Source of the DNA: Mobula hypostoma
Taxonomy: Eukaryota
Assembly: GCF_963921235.1 (NCBI RefSeq)
Contig: NC_086097.1
Coordinates: 27,096,001-27,160,000, forward strand
Direction: 5' to 3'
Length of the DNA stretch: 64,000 bases
Part shown: one piece after another, positions 1-11,294 of the stretch
Layout of the letters: each line of letters begins with the position of its first letter
Numbering within the stretch: position 1 is the stretch's first letter
Notes under the pieces: generated by a model
The model's database searches: none
Seen by the model: only the letters and a program-made list of their open reading frames with translations
What the model was told of the DNA's origin: nothing
Position numbers and translations under genes: made by a program

Positions 1-519
1 TTTTATTTTACATATTATGGATACAATGAGCTAAAAATTCCCATAATAGGTATAAATAAAGTAGAGGAAGAAACACAAAAAGCTGGAAGAACTCAGCAGG
101 TCAGGCAGCATCTCTGAAAATGAATAAACAGTTGAAGTTTTGGGCCGAGACCCTTTATCAAGACTGTAAAAGGAAGGGAGAGGATACAGAATAAAAAAGA
201 TAGGCAGAAAGAAGGAGGGCTAGCTGGAAGGTGGTAGATGTGGCCAGGTGGGTGGGAAACCCAAAGGGCAGGAGGAGGAATCTGATAGGAGAGGAGAGTG
301 GACCATGGGAGAAAGGGAAGGAGGAGAGGCAACAGGGGGAGTTGATAGGCAGGTGAAGAGAAGGGGTAAGAGGCCAGAGTGGGGAATAGAAAAGGGAAGG
401 GGGAGGGGAAAAATGAAAAAAAAATTACCCGAAGGTGAAATTGATGTTCATGCCATTAGGTTGGTGTTTAATGAAGCAGGGAGTTTACGTAAATGTGTAA
501 TGTTTATATGGAGACACCA

Positions 520-790
520 GGGGGCAGCACAGTAGTGTGGCAATTAGTGGAACACTTTACAGGGCCAGTGAATTGGATTCGGTTTTCCCATTGCTGACTT
601 TAATAAGTTTGTACCTTCTCCCCGTGACTGTGTGGGCTTCCTCCCATATTCCAAAGACATATGGGTAGGATTAGCGAGTTGTGGGCACGCTGTGCCGGAA
701 GCATGGCGACACTAGTGGGCTGTGTTGGTCATCGATACAAATGACACATTTCACTGCATGTTTCGATGCACATGTGACAAACAAAGCCAA
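520..790 (+). mobile_element. tRNA-derived V-SINE (HE1-like)
   Basis: tRNA-like head and V-domain-like TTCTCCCCGTGACTGTGTGGG..TTCCTCCCA..TTCCAAAGAC. Other copies at about 11430-11650(-), 21240-21480(-), 21650-21870(+), 29255-29525(+), 53790-54090(-) and 63190-63470(-). Confidence 0.7.
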
Positions 791-1127
791 TCTTTAAAAG
801 AGACAGCAGATGCAGCAACAAACAATTTGCTGGTGGAACTCAGCGGGTCGAGCAGCATCTGTTGTGGGGGGGTGAGCAACTGTCAACATTTCAGATCAGA
901 ACCTTGCATCTGACGGGAAATGATAAAGTGACAAGGTACCTCGTGGCAAGAGGAAATCTTCTGGGTATCAGCAGGGCACATGAAAACACAGTAGGATAGT
1001 GATTGTCAGTGTAGTTTCATTACGTGCAAGGTCTGTGATGAATATGGAATGTAGGGATTGTAAATTTGGACTCTAATCCAGGTTTATGATGTGTTCTAGT
1101 ATTTAGATCTAGTTCTGGTTGTTTTTT

Positions 1128-1725
1128 AGACCATAAGACCACAAGACATAGAAGCAGAATTAAGCCATCTGGCCCATCGAGTCTGCTCCGCCATTCAATC
1201 ATGGCTGATCCTTTTTTTTAATCTCTTCCTCAACCCCAGTTCCCGGCCTTCTCCCCATAACCTTTGATGCCATGTCCAATCAAGAACCTGTCAATCTCTG
1301 CCTTAAATACACACAACGACCTGGCCTCCACAGCTGCACGTGGCAACAAATTCTACAAATTCACCACCCACTGGCTAAAGTAATTTCTCCATATCTGTTT
1401 TAAATGGACGCCCCTCTATTCTGAGGCTGTGCCCTCTTGTCCTAGACTCCCCCACCATGGGAAACATCCTTTCCAAATCTGTCCAGATCTTTCAACATTC
1501 GAAAGGTTTCAGTGAGATCACCCCTCGCCCTTCTAAATTCCAGCGAGTACAGACCCACAGCCATCAAATGTTCTTCGTATTTCATTCCTGGAATCATCCT
1601 TGTGAACCTCCTCTGGACCCTCTCCAATGCCAGCACATCTTTGCTAAGATGAGTCCAGAACTATTCACAATTCTCAAGGTGAGGCCTCGCTAGTGCCTTA
1701 TAAAGCCTCAGCATCACTTCCCTGC
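1128..1725 (-). mobile_element. CR1 3' fragment
   Basis: LERVQRRFTRMIPG...LYSLEFRR and a (TCTTATGG)n-type tail. Similar fragments at about 7760-8420(-), 9240-9725(+), 16850-17290(+), 51560-52365(+), 55405-56135(-) and 62340-62815(-). Confidence 0.8.
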
Positions 1726-2338
1726 ACAGCTAGTGGCAGCAAGGGACATGAGTGATCAGTGGTATAGACCAATCACAGTCTAATTAAGCAGGGCCAACGG
1801 GGCTGAATACCTTTCAAAGCTTTCAAGGGGAATGGAAACCAACAGATATAAATTTTTCTGTTACTACTTTTGGCTGATTTTTGAATCGAGGTGACCTGCA
1901 GAAAATGAACACTGAGCTGAACTGTACTGAAATATACCTTCTGATTTTGTGTTTTATATTCTGTGTTTTTTCTCTTTTTTTGTTGCCATTTGCACATGGG
2001 GGGGTATTTGATATTCAATGTTTTTGTTTAAGCGAGTTGATTCAATGGTTCTTTATTTTGTGACTGCCTGGGGGGAGGACAAATTTCAGAGTTGTATACT
2101 GTGATAATAAATGTACTTTGAAACTGTGTGGATTGCAGTCTGCAGAATACAGTGGTACTGGGTTGCATTGGTGTCAGGGTTACAGTCGGTGCATGACTGC
2201 AGCGATGCTGGGAGTGACGAGATGCATTGTTAGTGGGTTTGCAGAGGATGCGACTGATGCATTGGTTTCAGCAGTGCAGGGCTGGCGGCGAGGCAGCAAT
2301 AGCGCAGGCTCGGAGTGAGGGCGGAAGCTGAGACTCAC

Positions 2339-2509
2339 ACTGGTTGCAGTTGACTGTTAGGTTGTCGAAGCCTCGGAAGACGGCCTCGCACGTTCCACAC
2401 CGGTTGAGGTGGCAGGTCACGTACTCGTTGTACTTGCAGCTGGCGTCCTCGCACACCTCGTCAAACTCACAGTTTTCCCGGGCAGGAGAGGCATCGGGGC
2501 ACTCGTCAT
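2339..2509 (-). CDS. Exon encoding an 8-cysteine extracellular module
   Basis: ccctcctttggtAG acceptor, T|GTGAGT donor; 171 nt, symmetrical phase 1-1. DECPDASPARENCEFDEVCEDASCKYNEYVTCHLNRCGTCEAVFRGFDNLTVNCNQ. CpG-rich relative to flanks; NLT sequon. Confidence 0.8.
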
Positions 2510-3766
2510 CTACCAAAGGAGGGACGGGGTGAACACCGGCTCCCGGCAACAACCTTCCCCTTCCTTACCACAGAAACGGCTCTGCCCAAGACCGCAACAA
2601 ACAGTCACAGACTAGTGGTTAGTTCCAAACAAGGGACCCTGGCTCATCCAGAAAGACTTACTAATGAAGTACCACTTAATTGTAGCTGCCGTTGTACAGT
2701 GGGGAGTCGGCAGCTGAGTAAAATAACACAAGTAGTAATGACCGGAAGACCTCAAGAAATGGGAGCAGGATCTAGGCCACGCGACCTCTCAAGCCGGTGC
2801 TGCCTTTCACCAAGATCATGACTGACCCAACTTTTCTTAAGTTCACACTCTAATTCGGAATCCCTTGCCAATTAGAAACCTATCCGTGTCAGCTTTGAAT
2901 ATGTTCAAAGATTCACCCGCACAGGAATTCCAGAGACAGACAACTCCTTAAAGAAGGAAATCTTCACTTCCTGGTCTAAAATGAGCACCAACACTCCAAG
3001 ACCATGCCCTCTGGTCCTAAACTTTCCATCAGTGGGGAAACACCCCCTCACCATTGACCTTGATAAGCTGCCAAGGATCTAATGTTTCTACGAAAACACC
3101 TCTCGTTCTCCTGCAACTCGGAGATTGCAGACCGGACTGTGCATAGAACATCGAACAGTATATTACAGCCAGGACAGGCCTGTCAGCCCACGGTGTTGTG
3201 CCGACCTTTTAAATCAGCTAACCCTTCCCTCCTACATTTTTCTATCTTCCATGTGCCTATCTAAGAGTTTCTTAAATGCTCTAATGCACAAGGGGGCTCC
3301 ACACACCCACCACTCTTTGTGTAAAGGACTTACCTCTGACATCTCCCCTATACTTCCCTCCAATCATCTTAAAATTATGCCCCCCCCAGAGAAAATCTCT
3401 GGCTGTCCACTCTGTCTAAGCCTCTATCAAATCACCTCTCACCCTCCTTCACTCCAAACAGAAAGCCCTCGCTCACTCAACACATCCTCACAAGACATGC
3501 TCTCTAATCCAAGCAGCATCCTGGTAAATCTCTGCACCCTCTCTAAAGCTTCCTTAAATGAGGTGCCCAGAACTGAACACAATACGCTCTGGGTGTTCCA
3601 GCTTGTTCCATTTTCCCTTGTAAGGTTTTCTCTCCAAAGCTGTTGTCATCCTAGCATAGCTCCTCTCCCATAACATTGCCTTCCCTTAAGGCCATCACAA
3701 CAGCACAGCGTACCACTGGTTCTCCCTGGGTCGCAAACACCTGACTTGTGTTCATTCTGTACATAC

Positions 3767-3829
3767 GAGTGTGTGCTTGGGAGACTAGCGGGACAGATCT
3801 GCCAGCTGCTGCGGGTCTGAAGGCATCTT
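3767..3829 (-). CDS. Possible second exon (linker) of the same secreted-protein gene
   Basis: ttctctcctggcAG acceptor, C|GTATGT donor; 63 nt, phase 1-1, open frame (E)DAFRPAAAGRSVPLVSQAHT. No homology evidence. Confidence 0.4.
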
Positions 3830-3999
3830 CTGCCAGGAGAGAACTGAGTTCATGGTTGCATTTCTGACAAGAACTGTTCCAGTTACGAATAGTTCTTAGG
3901 AACAGAACCTTACAGTGACCTGGGAAGGGACGTGTATTCTAGATTTGACTAATCACTTAGAGTGAATTAAAAATGCTATCGTTATTGTTGGCCGAATCC

Positions 4000-4770
4000 C
4001 AGAGGGTGATGAGGGAGATCGACCGGCTGGTTGAATGGGGTCCCAGAACAACCTGGCACTCAGTGTCAGTAAGCCCAAGGAGCTGATTGCGGACTCCAGG
4101 AAGGGGAATTCGGGAGAATGAGCACTGGTCCTTATCGAGGGATCAGCAGTGGAGAGAGTGAGCAGCTACAAGTTCCCGGGTGTCAACATCTTAGAGAGTC
4201 TACCCCCGGTCCAACACATTGATACAGTTGAGCAAGAAGTCATGCCAGCAGCCGTATTTCATTGGGGTTTTGAGGAGATTTGGTGTGTCACCAGTGTACA
4301 AGAGAGCACTCTGACTGGTTGCATTGCAGCCTCGTAGGGAGGCACCAGTGCATATGATCAGGAAAAGCTCCATAAGGTTGTAAACTCAGCCAGCTCCATC
4401 ACGGTACTAGCCTCCCTGCCATTGAGGACATCTTCAAAAGGAGATGCCTTAAGGAGGCATCCATCACTGGGATCCTCACCACCCAGGACACGCCATCTTC
4501 CCCTTACCACCATTGGGGAGGAGGTTCGGGAGCCTGAAGACGTACACTCAATGTTTTGGGAGCAGCTTCTTCTCCTCTGCCATCAGATTTCTGAACAGTC
4601 CATTAATCCATGAACACTACCATGCTATTTTGCTCTCTGTTTGCACTATTTATTGATTTTCTTACAGTACATATTTCTTATTTATAGAATGTTTTCAATG
4701 TATTGCTGCTGCAAAACCACAACATTTCACAACATACGTTACTGATAGTGAACCTGATTCTGCTCCTATT
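4000..4770 (+). mobile_element. Old Rex1/Babar-type LINE 3' fragment
   Basis: ERVSSYKFPGVNI and a 3' UTR shared with the other Rex1-like copies. Similar fragments at about 12085-12600, 22430-23140, 31225-31935, 32790-33460 and 60690-61520. Confidence 0.7.
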
Positions 4771-5059
4771 CCTGGAAATACCGAGAAGGACAAACGGTTT
4801 CCATGGCGAAGAGTAATCAACTCTCCGTCAAAGCCTCTGGTCAAATACATTAACCTTGTTTCCCTCTGCATGCATGCTGCCTGACCTGCCAAGTGCTCTT
4901 GTCTGCAACAGCATTTCTGTTACAAAGTACAGTCCGGACCCTAAGGCCCATGAGTTAGTGCTAACCTTTTAACCTTCTCCGAGACCATTTAACTCTTCCC
5001 TCCCACATAGTCCTCCATTTTTTCTTTCATCCATGTGCTTGTCTAACAGTCTCTAATGT

Positions 5060-7500
5060 AACTGACAGGTTACACTTGAACCCGAGGGGGACCAATATCT
5101 TTACGGGCAGGTTTGCTAGAGCTGTTGGGGAGGGTTTAAACTAACTTGGCAGGGAGATGGGAACTATGGTGATAGGGCTGAGGCTGGGGCAGTTGGTATA
5201 CAAGTACGAGGGGTGATTAATAAGTTTGTGGCCTAAGATAGAAGGAGTCAATTTTAGAAAACCTAGCACATTTATTTTTCGCATAGTCTCCTCCTACATT
5301 TACACTCTTAGTCCAGCGGCTGTGGAGCATACGGATCCCTTCTTTGTAGAAGTCGGTGTCTTGGACCTCCAGAAAGTGGTCCACAGCAGGGGTGATTGAA
5401 AAGTTTGTGGCCTAAGGTAGAAGGAGATGAGTTATTAACTTCAAACTTTCTGCATAATCACTCAAAGAGTTGAACTGCATGTGCATGTAATGAGAGCTGT
5501 ATAACTCATCTCCTTCCACCTTAGGCCACTAACTTATCAATCGCCCCTCGTAAATGCAGTGTGTAGTGAGACTGAGAGGAGTGACTGGCAGATGATTGGT
5601 CAAATTTGCAGTCAGTGGGATGAATTGAAGTGTAACATGGGGGCAAAATTGAAAAGCGTGATGAATACAAGACTAGTGGTGTTATACCTGAATGCACACA
5701 GCAGATGATCTTGTAGCGCAGTTAGAGATTGGTATCGTTGATCCTTTGAACCTTTAACCTTCATCAGGGATTGTGGGCGCCCATGAGTCATGTCTGAAAG
5801 ATCATACTTGGGAGCTTAAAATCCAAGGATACGCATTTTATCGATAGGACAGGCAGGTAGGCAAAGGGGGTAGGGTGGCTTTGTTGGTAAAAAAAAAATG
5901 AAATCAAATCCTTAAAAAGAGGCGACCTAGGATTGAAAGGTGTAGAACCCTTATGGGTAGAGTTATGTAACTGCAAGGGTAAAAAGGCCCCGATGGGTGT
6001 TATATACAGGCCTCCAAAAAGCAGCCAGGATGTGGGATATAAATTACAACAGGAGATAGAAAAGGAATGTAAAAATGGCAATGTTATGACAGTCATGGGG
6101 ATTTCAATATGCAGTAGATTGGGAAAATCAAGATGATGTTGGATCATGAGAGAATATTTGTAGAATGCTTACAAGATGGCTTTTTAGAGCAGCTTATGGT
6201 TGGGCCCACTAGATGAAAAGCAATTCTGTACAGGGTCAGGAGAGGGAAAGACCAGAGATTGACCAGAGATTTTGATGGAAGGTTAATCCCTTTTCTCCAT
6301 GGAAACTGTTTGTTCTGCTAGACATCTCCAGGAATAGAATCAGAATCAGGTTTATTATCACTAACAAGAGAAAATCTTCAGATGCTGGAAATCCGAGCAA
6401 CAGACACAAAATTCTGGAGGAACTCAGCAGGCCAGGCAGCATCAATGGAAAAAAGTAAGTCAACGTTTCAGACTGAAACACTTCAGCAGGAGTCCAGCCA
6501 AAGGGTTTCCGCCCAAAAGGTCAACTGTACTTTTTTTCCATAGATGCTGATTTCCCCCAGCATTTTCTGTGTGTTGCTCTGTAAAGGATGCTGCGTGATG
6601 AACCTGATTGAATTAGTAAAGGAACCCTTAGGATGCAGTGATCATAATATGATAGAATTTATGCTGCAATTTGACAGGGAGAAGATAAAGTCAGATATAT
6701 CAGTATCACAGTGGAGTAAAGACTATTACAGAGGTATCTGAGAGGAGCTGGTCAAGGCTGAGTGAAAGGGAACACTAGCACAGATGACGGCAGAACAGCA
6801 ATGGTTGGAGTTTCTGGGAGCAATTCAGAAAGTGCAGGACGGATACATCGCAAGATGAAGAGTATTCTAAAGGGAGGATGAGGAAATTGTGGCTGACAAG
6901 GGAAGCATAAAAAGAAGAGAGCCGATAATATAGCAAAAATTAGTGGAAAGTTAGAGGATTGAGAACCTTTTAAAAACCAACAGAAGGCAACTAAAAAGCC
7001 ATAAGGAGAGAAAAAATGAAATATGAAGGAAAGCCAGCCAATAAAATGAAAGTGGACACCAAAAGTTTTTCTCAGATATATAAAAAGTCAAAGAGGCGAG
7101 AGTGAGTATTGGACCACTGGAAAATAATAGAGGTAGAGGTAGAGGTAGAAAATAGAGAGGTAGTAATGGGAGACAAAGAAATGGTGAATGAATTTAATAA
7201 TATTTTGCATCAATTTTCACTGTGGAAGACCCTAGCAGTATGGAAGAAATTTGAGAGTGTCAGGGGGCAGAAGTGAGTGTGGTTGGTATTACTAAGGAGA
7301 AAGTGCTTGAAAAGCTGAAGATTCTGAAGGTGGATAAGTCACCTGGGCCAGGTGGATTACACGCCGGAGCTCCGAAAGAGGTAGCTGAAGCAATTGTGGA
7401 GTAATGATCTTTTAAGAATCACTAGATTCTGGAATGGTTGCAGAGGACTAGAAAATTGTGAATGCCACTCCACTCTTTAAAAAGGGAGGCAGAAGAAAGG
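5060..7500 (+). mobile_element. Degraded long CR1 LINE (ORF1 esterase C-terminus, ORF2 endonuclease, start of RT), interrupted by other elements
   Basis: DRLHLNPRGTNIFTGRFARAVGEGLN* (SGNH-like ORF1 end, about 5064-5144). GVIYRPP, LGCSDHNMIEF, DKSPGP and ATPLFKKG motifs with many stops and frameshifts. Confidence 0.8.
5207..5550. mobile_element. Mariner-derived MITE with TA target-site duplication
   Basis: TA|CGAGGGGTGATTAATAAGTTTGTGGCCTAAG ... CTTAGGCCACTAACTTATCAATCGCCCCTCG|TA. Internal minus-strand remnant FLEVQDTDFYKEGIRMLHSRWTKSVNVGGDY resembles the mariner transposase C-terminus. Confidence 0.9.
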
Positions 7501-8821
7501 AAATTATATTTCCCTTCATTCCCACTCTTTGCCTCCTGCCAGTCAGCCAATCTTCTATCCATGCTAGTATCTTTGCTGTAATACCAGGGAGGAGGCAGGA
7601 GAATGGGATTGAGAGGGAGAATAAATTAGCCATGATGGAATGGCAGAGCATACTTGACAGGCTGAATGGCCTAATTCTGCTCCTATGTCTTACGACTCTA
7701 CCACCACACCTGGCAGTGTGTTCCAGGCACCCACCACTGTAAAAACTCTATCTCCAACATAAAACATAGGAGAAGAATTAGGCCATTCAGCCCATCAAGT
7801 CTGCTCCGCCCTTCCACCATGGCTGATCCTAGATCCCACTCAACCCCATACACCTGCATTCTCGCCATATCCCTTGATGCCCTGACCGATCAGGAAATGA
7901 TCAACTTCTGCCTTAAATGTACCCATGGACTTGGCCTCCACCACAGTCTGTGGCAGAGTGTTCCACAGATTTACTACTCTCTGGCCAAAGAAATTACTCC
8001 TACCTCCATTCTAAAAGGTTGCCCCCCTCTAGTTCTGGACACCCCCACCATAGGAAACATCCTCTCCACATCCACCCTATCTAGTCCTTTCAACATTCGG
8101 TAGGTTTCGATGCGATACCCCCCACATTCTTCTAAATTGCAGTGGGAAAGCTGCCAAATGCTCCCCGCATGTTAACCCTTTAATTCCCAGAATCATCCTT
8201 GTGAACCTCCTCTGGACTCTCTCCAAAGACAACACACCCTTTCTGAGATATGGGGCCCAAAACTGGTGACAATACTCCACGTGTGGCCTGGCTAGTGTGT
8301 TATAAAGGCTCAGCACTATCTCCTTGTTTTTATATTCTATTCTCCTTGAAATAAATGCCAACATTGCATTTGCCTTCTTTACCAGACTCAACCTGTAAAT
8401 TAACCGTCTGAGAGTCTTGCACAAGGATTCTGGTCCCTCCCTAAACATCCCCCCCCCCCCAAACTTTCCTTCATTCACAAGGACGTTCTCTGGTATTAGC
8501 CATTGCCGCTCTGGGAGAAAGATGCTGTCTGTGCACTCTTTTGATATCTCTCACCTCCAACAAATCCTGCTTCTCTCCATTCTCCATCTCATCCTCCTCC
8601 TCCACTCCAAAAAGGAAAGCCCTTTCCCCATAAGGTGTGATCTCTAATCCAGGCAGTATCCCAGTAAATCTCTGCAGCCTCTCCCATCGGAGAGGTATTT
8701 ATCCAAACATCCTGCTGTTGGATCCTTTTACGTTACACTAGAGCACAGATGAGTTTTGCATTATCCTCTATCAACCACGGAGCTGCAAACCCTGCTAGAG
8801 AAATTAGCACAACGGGCTTAC

Positions 8822-8894
8822 CTGGTATGGCAGAATTTGTGCAGAGACGACCCATCAACACCGCCAGGAGAAGCAGGTAGCTATCTCTGCCCAT
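8822..8894 (-). CDS. First coding exon (signal peptide) of an unidentified secreted-protein gene
   Basis: Good Kozak context gaacATGG. MGRDSYLLLLAVLMGRLCTNSAIP has a hydrophobic core and small residues before a likely cleavage site. Consensus donor CAG|GTAAGC in phase 1; lies in non-repetitive DNA. Confidence 0.7.
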
Positions 8895-10766
8895 GTTCCG
8901 TGCCTCTCGCACTGGAGCTGTGTTAGAAATGGCAAGCCTCCCTGTCTCCTCACAGAGTCTGAGGAGCTAGTGAACAGAATGCCTTCAGCTCCAGGGGAAG
9001 GGTTAAGTCAGCCAGATAAACTCAGCTGGTTTAAGTTTAACAGCCCCAGTTTGTTGTTACACCTGCAAGGCATGAACAATATCAAAAACTGGAAGCAAGC
9101 ACGGGCTGGCAGGTGGGTTTGATAGAAGGTTAGGTATGTTCAGTCGCTCTGGAAAACTTCTACAGATGTACTGAGGCGTTCTAAGCCCCTGCTCAGATCG
9201 CACTTTAGGGTACAATACCCAAGAGGAGCTGGGATTGGATAAAGTCCAGAGGTTGTTTATGAAAATGATCCCAGGAATGAAAGGGTTAAAGTATGAAGAG
9301 CATCTGATGACTCTGGGTCTGTACTCGCTGGAGTTTATAAGAATGGAGTGGGGGAGACCTCATTGAAACCTGTCGAATATTGAAACGCCTAGAAAGAGTG
9401 GACGTGATGAGAATGTTTTCTATAGTGCGGGAGTGCGGGACCAGCAGGCGTAGCCTCAGAATAGAACAGAGATGAGGAGGAATTTTGACAGCCAGAAGAT
9501 GGCAAATCAATGGAATTAATTGCAACAGACTGCTGTGGAGGGCAAGTCATTGGGTATATTTAAAGCGGAGCTTGATAGGTTCTTGATTAGTAAGAACATC
9601 GAAGGTTATAGGGAGAAGGCACGAGAATGGGGTTGAGGGGGAAAATAAATCAGCCCTGATCAAATAGCACAGCAGATTGGATGGATGAATGGCCCAATTC
9701 TGCCCCTTTGTCTTAGGGTCTTATAGCTGTCCTGACAGGTTGCATCATGGTCTGCGACAGCAATCTGGATGTTCAGGAATGCATGAAACTGCAGAGCAGG
9801 GACTCAGCCCAATACATCACAGGCACATCCCTCCCTGCCGTCAGCAGTACCTATAGGACGTTTAGCCTCAAGAAGGCAGCATCCATTATCAAAGATCCCT
9901 ACCATCTGGGCAATGCCATCTTCTCACAGCTACCATAGAGGAGGAGGTACGCCACCTGAGGTCCCACACCACCAGGCCTGTCTTATTGGCCTTCTTTTTG
10001 TGCTGCATCAGATCCGGAGTAACAATTACTTCATTCTCCTTTAGACTTGTGCACTGCAAATGACTTTAAACCAATCTTGAATCTGACTGGTTGTGTCAGC
10101 ACCTGGCATGGAGGTTCGCAAAAAGCCACAGAAGGTTGTAGACTCGGCCAGCTCCATCGTGGACTCTTCCCTCCCCACCATCGAGGAGACCTTCAAGAAG
10201 CCGTGTCTCAGGGAGGCAGAATCAAACGTTAAAGACTCTCACCATGCGGGACAGGCCCTCTTCTCCTTACTGCCATTAGGGAGAAGGTACTGCAGTGAAG
10301 ACCCACACTCAACTACTTCTTCCCTTCCACGGTCAGGTTTCTGAATGGTTCATAAACCCATGACCACCACCCTGTTAGTCGTCTTTATTTATTGGTAACT
10401 TAACAGTAGTTTTTGTCTTGCACTTGCTGCTGCTGCAAAACAACAAATTTCACGCCGTCAGTAATAACAAACTCGATTGTGATGAGGAAGGAAGCTGAAG
10501 GTACTGGCTGTCAGAGAGCTCACAGGAAAGGAACAAAGGGCTTGTTCTTGGCACAGTGGCATCGCTACTGCATGGATCACAGTCGAGCCCAAGTTATGTA
10601 CAACATACAGAGGTTAAGTAAGTGCAAACAAGGCTTCCTTTTTCAAACTCTCAGACGTCCAGCACACCCACAAGCAACGCAAGTTATCTGGGACGTCAGG
10701 CACTTTGTGGAGAAAGTTTAATACTTAACACACAAGCAGATAACAGCAGTTAATGCAAAATAAATA

Positions 10767-10772
10767 TTTATT
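10767..10772 (-). promoter_or_regulatory. Probable NRDE2 polyadenylation signal (3'UTR about 10750-11168)
   Basis: TTTATT on + (AATAAA on -), about 400 nt after the stop. Followed on the minus strand by T/GT-rich sequence. Confidence 0.7.
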
Positions 10773-11168
10773 AAACAATCTTACAAATGAACAATCTGAT
10801 AACTTTGGATGAGATGATGGGCTGCCTGTCTGCTGGATGTTAAAGATTCCTTGGCACAGCTGGGAAGGCCAGGAAAGTTTATGGGGATGCTATCGGCATT
10901 CTTCCCTCAGCCTGCATCACCAGCGCCGGAGATGATCCATTTATTTCTCAGAGTGCTGGGAGGGAGAAACATTTCCGTGGGTAAACCCTCTGTCATTAAT
11001 AGTAGTCTTGGCTACAGCTTGGCACTCAGCCAGGGTAGTACTGCCCTCTGATGGGGCTATGAGTGGAGGAACCGTCTGCCTCCATTTCTCAAACTTTGCT
11101 CCCCCCCCAGGTGTTTGGAGGCATCACAGGGAAGTGAAGGAAGCCACAGGAATCCAGCTTGTTCCTGA

Positions 11169-11294
11169 TTAATCTTCCATGAGAATTTCCAGCTCCTCTA
11201 GGGGAACCCGGATCCGGATTTCCTTCTCGGTCATCAAGTCGATGATTTCTTGAAGCTGCTCTGGTAACAGTCTGACTGCGTCCAGATACAGGAC
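11169..11294 (-). CDS. NRDE2: NRDE2 last coding exon with TAA stop
   Basis: VLYLDAVRLLPEQLQEIIDLMTEKEIRIRVPLEELEILMED* matches the NRDE2 C-terminus. cctcAG acceptor at 11296-11295. Confidence 0.96.
   Translation of the reverse strand, partial: VLYLDAVRLLPEQLQEIIDLMTEKEIRIRVPLEELEILMED

Noticed and set aside
968..1032. Possible terminal exon of the secreted-protein gene (catcacAG|AC CTT...; LARNETTLTITILLCFHVPC*)
   Set aside because: Phase is compatible, but the acceptor is modest, there is no homology and no clear polyA signal. Not supportable without RNA data.
3125..3673. 182-aa plus-strand ORF
   Set aside because: Antisense reading of a decayed CR1 3' end.
7128..7165. (AGAGGT)n short repeat
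   Set aside because: Local slippage inside a dead CR1; not an array of interest.
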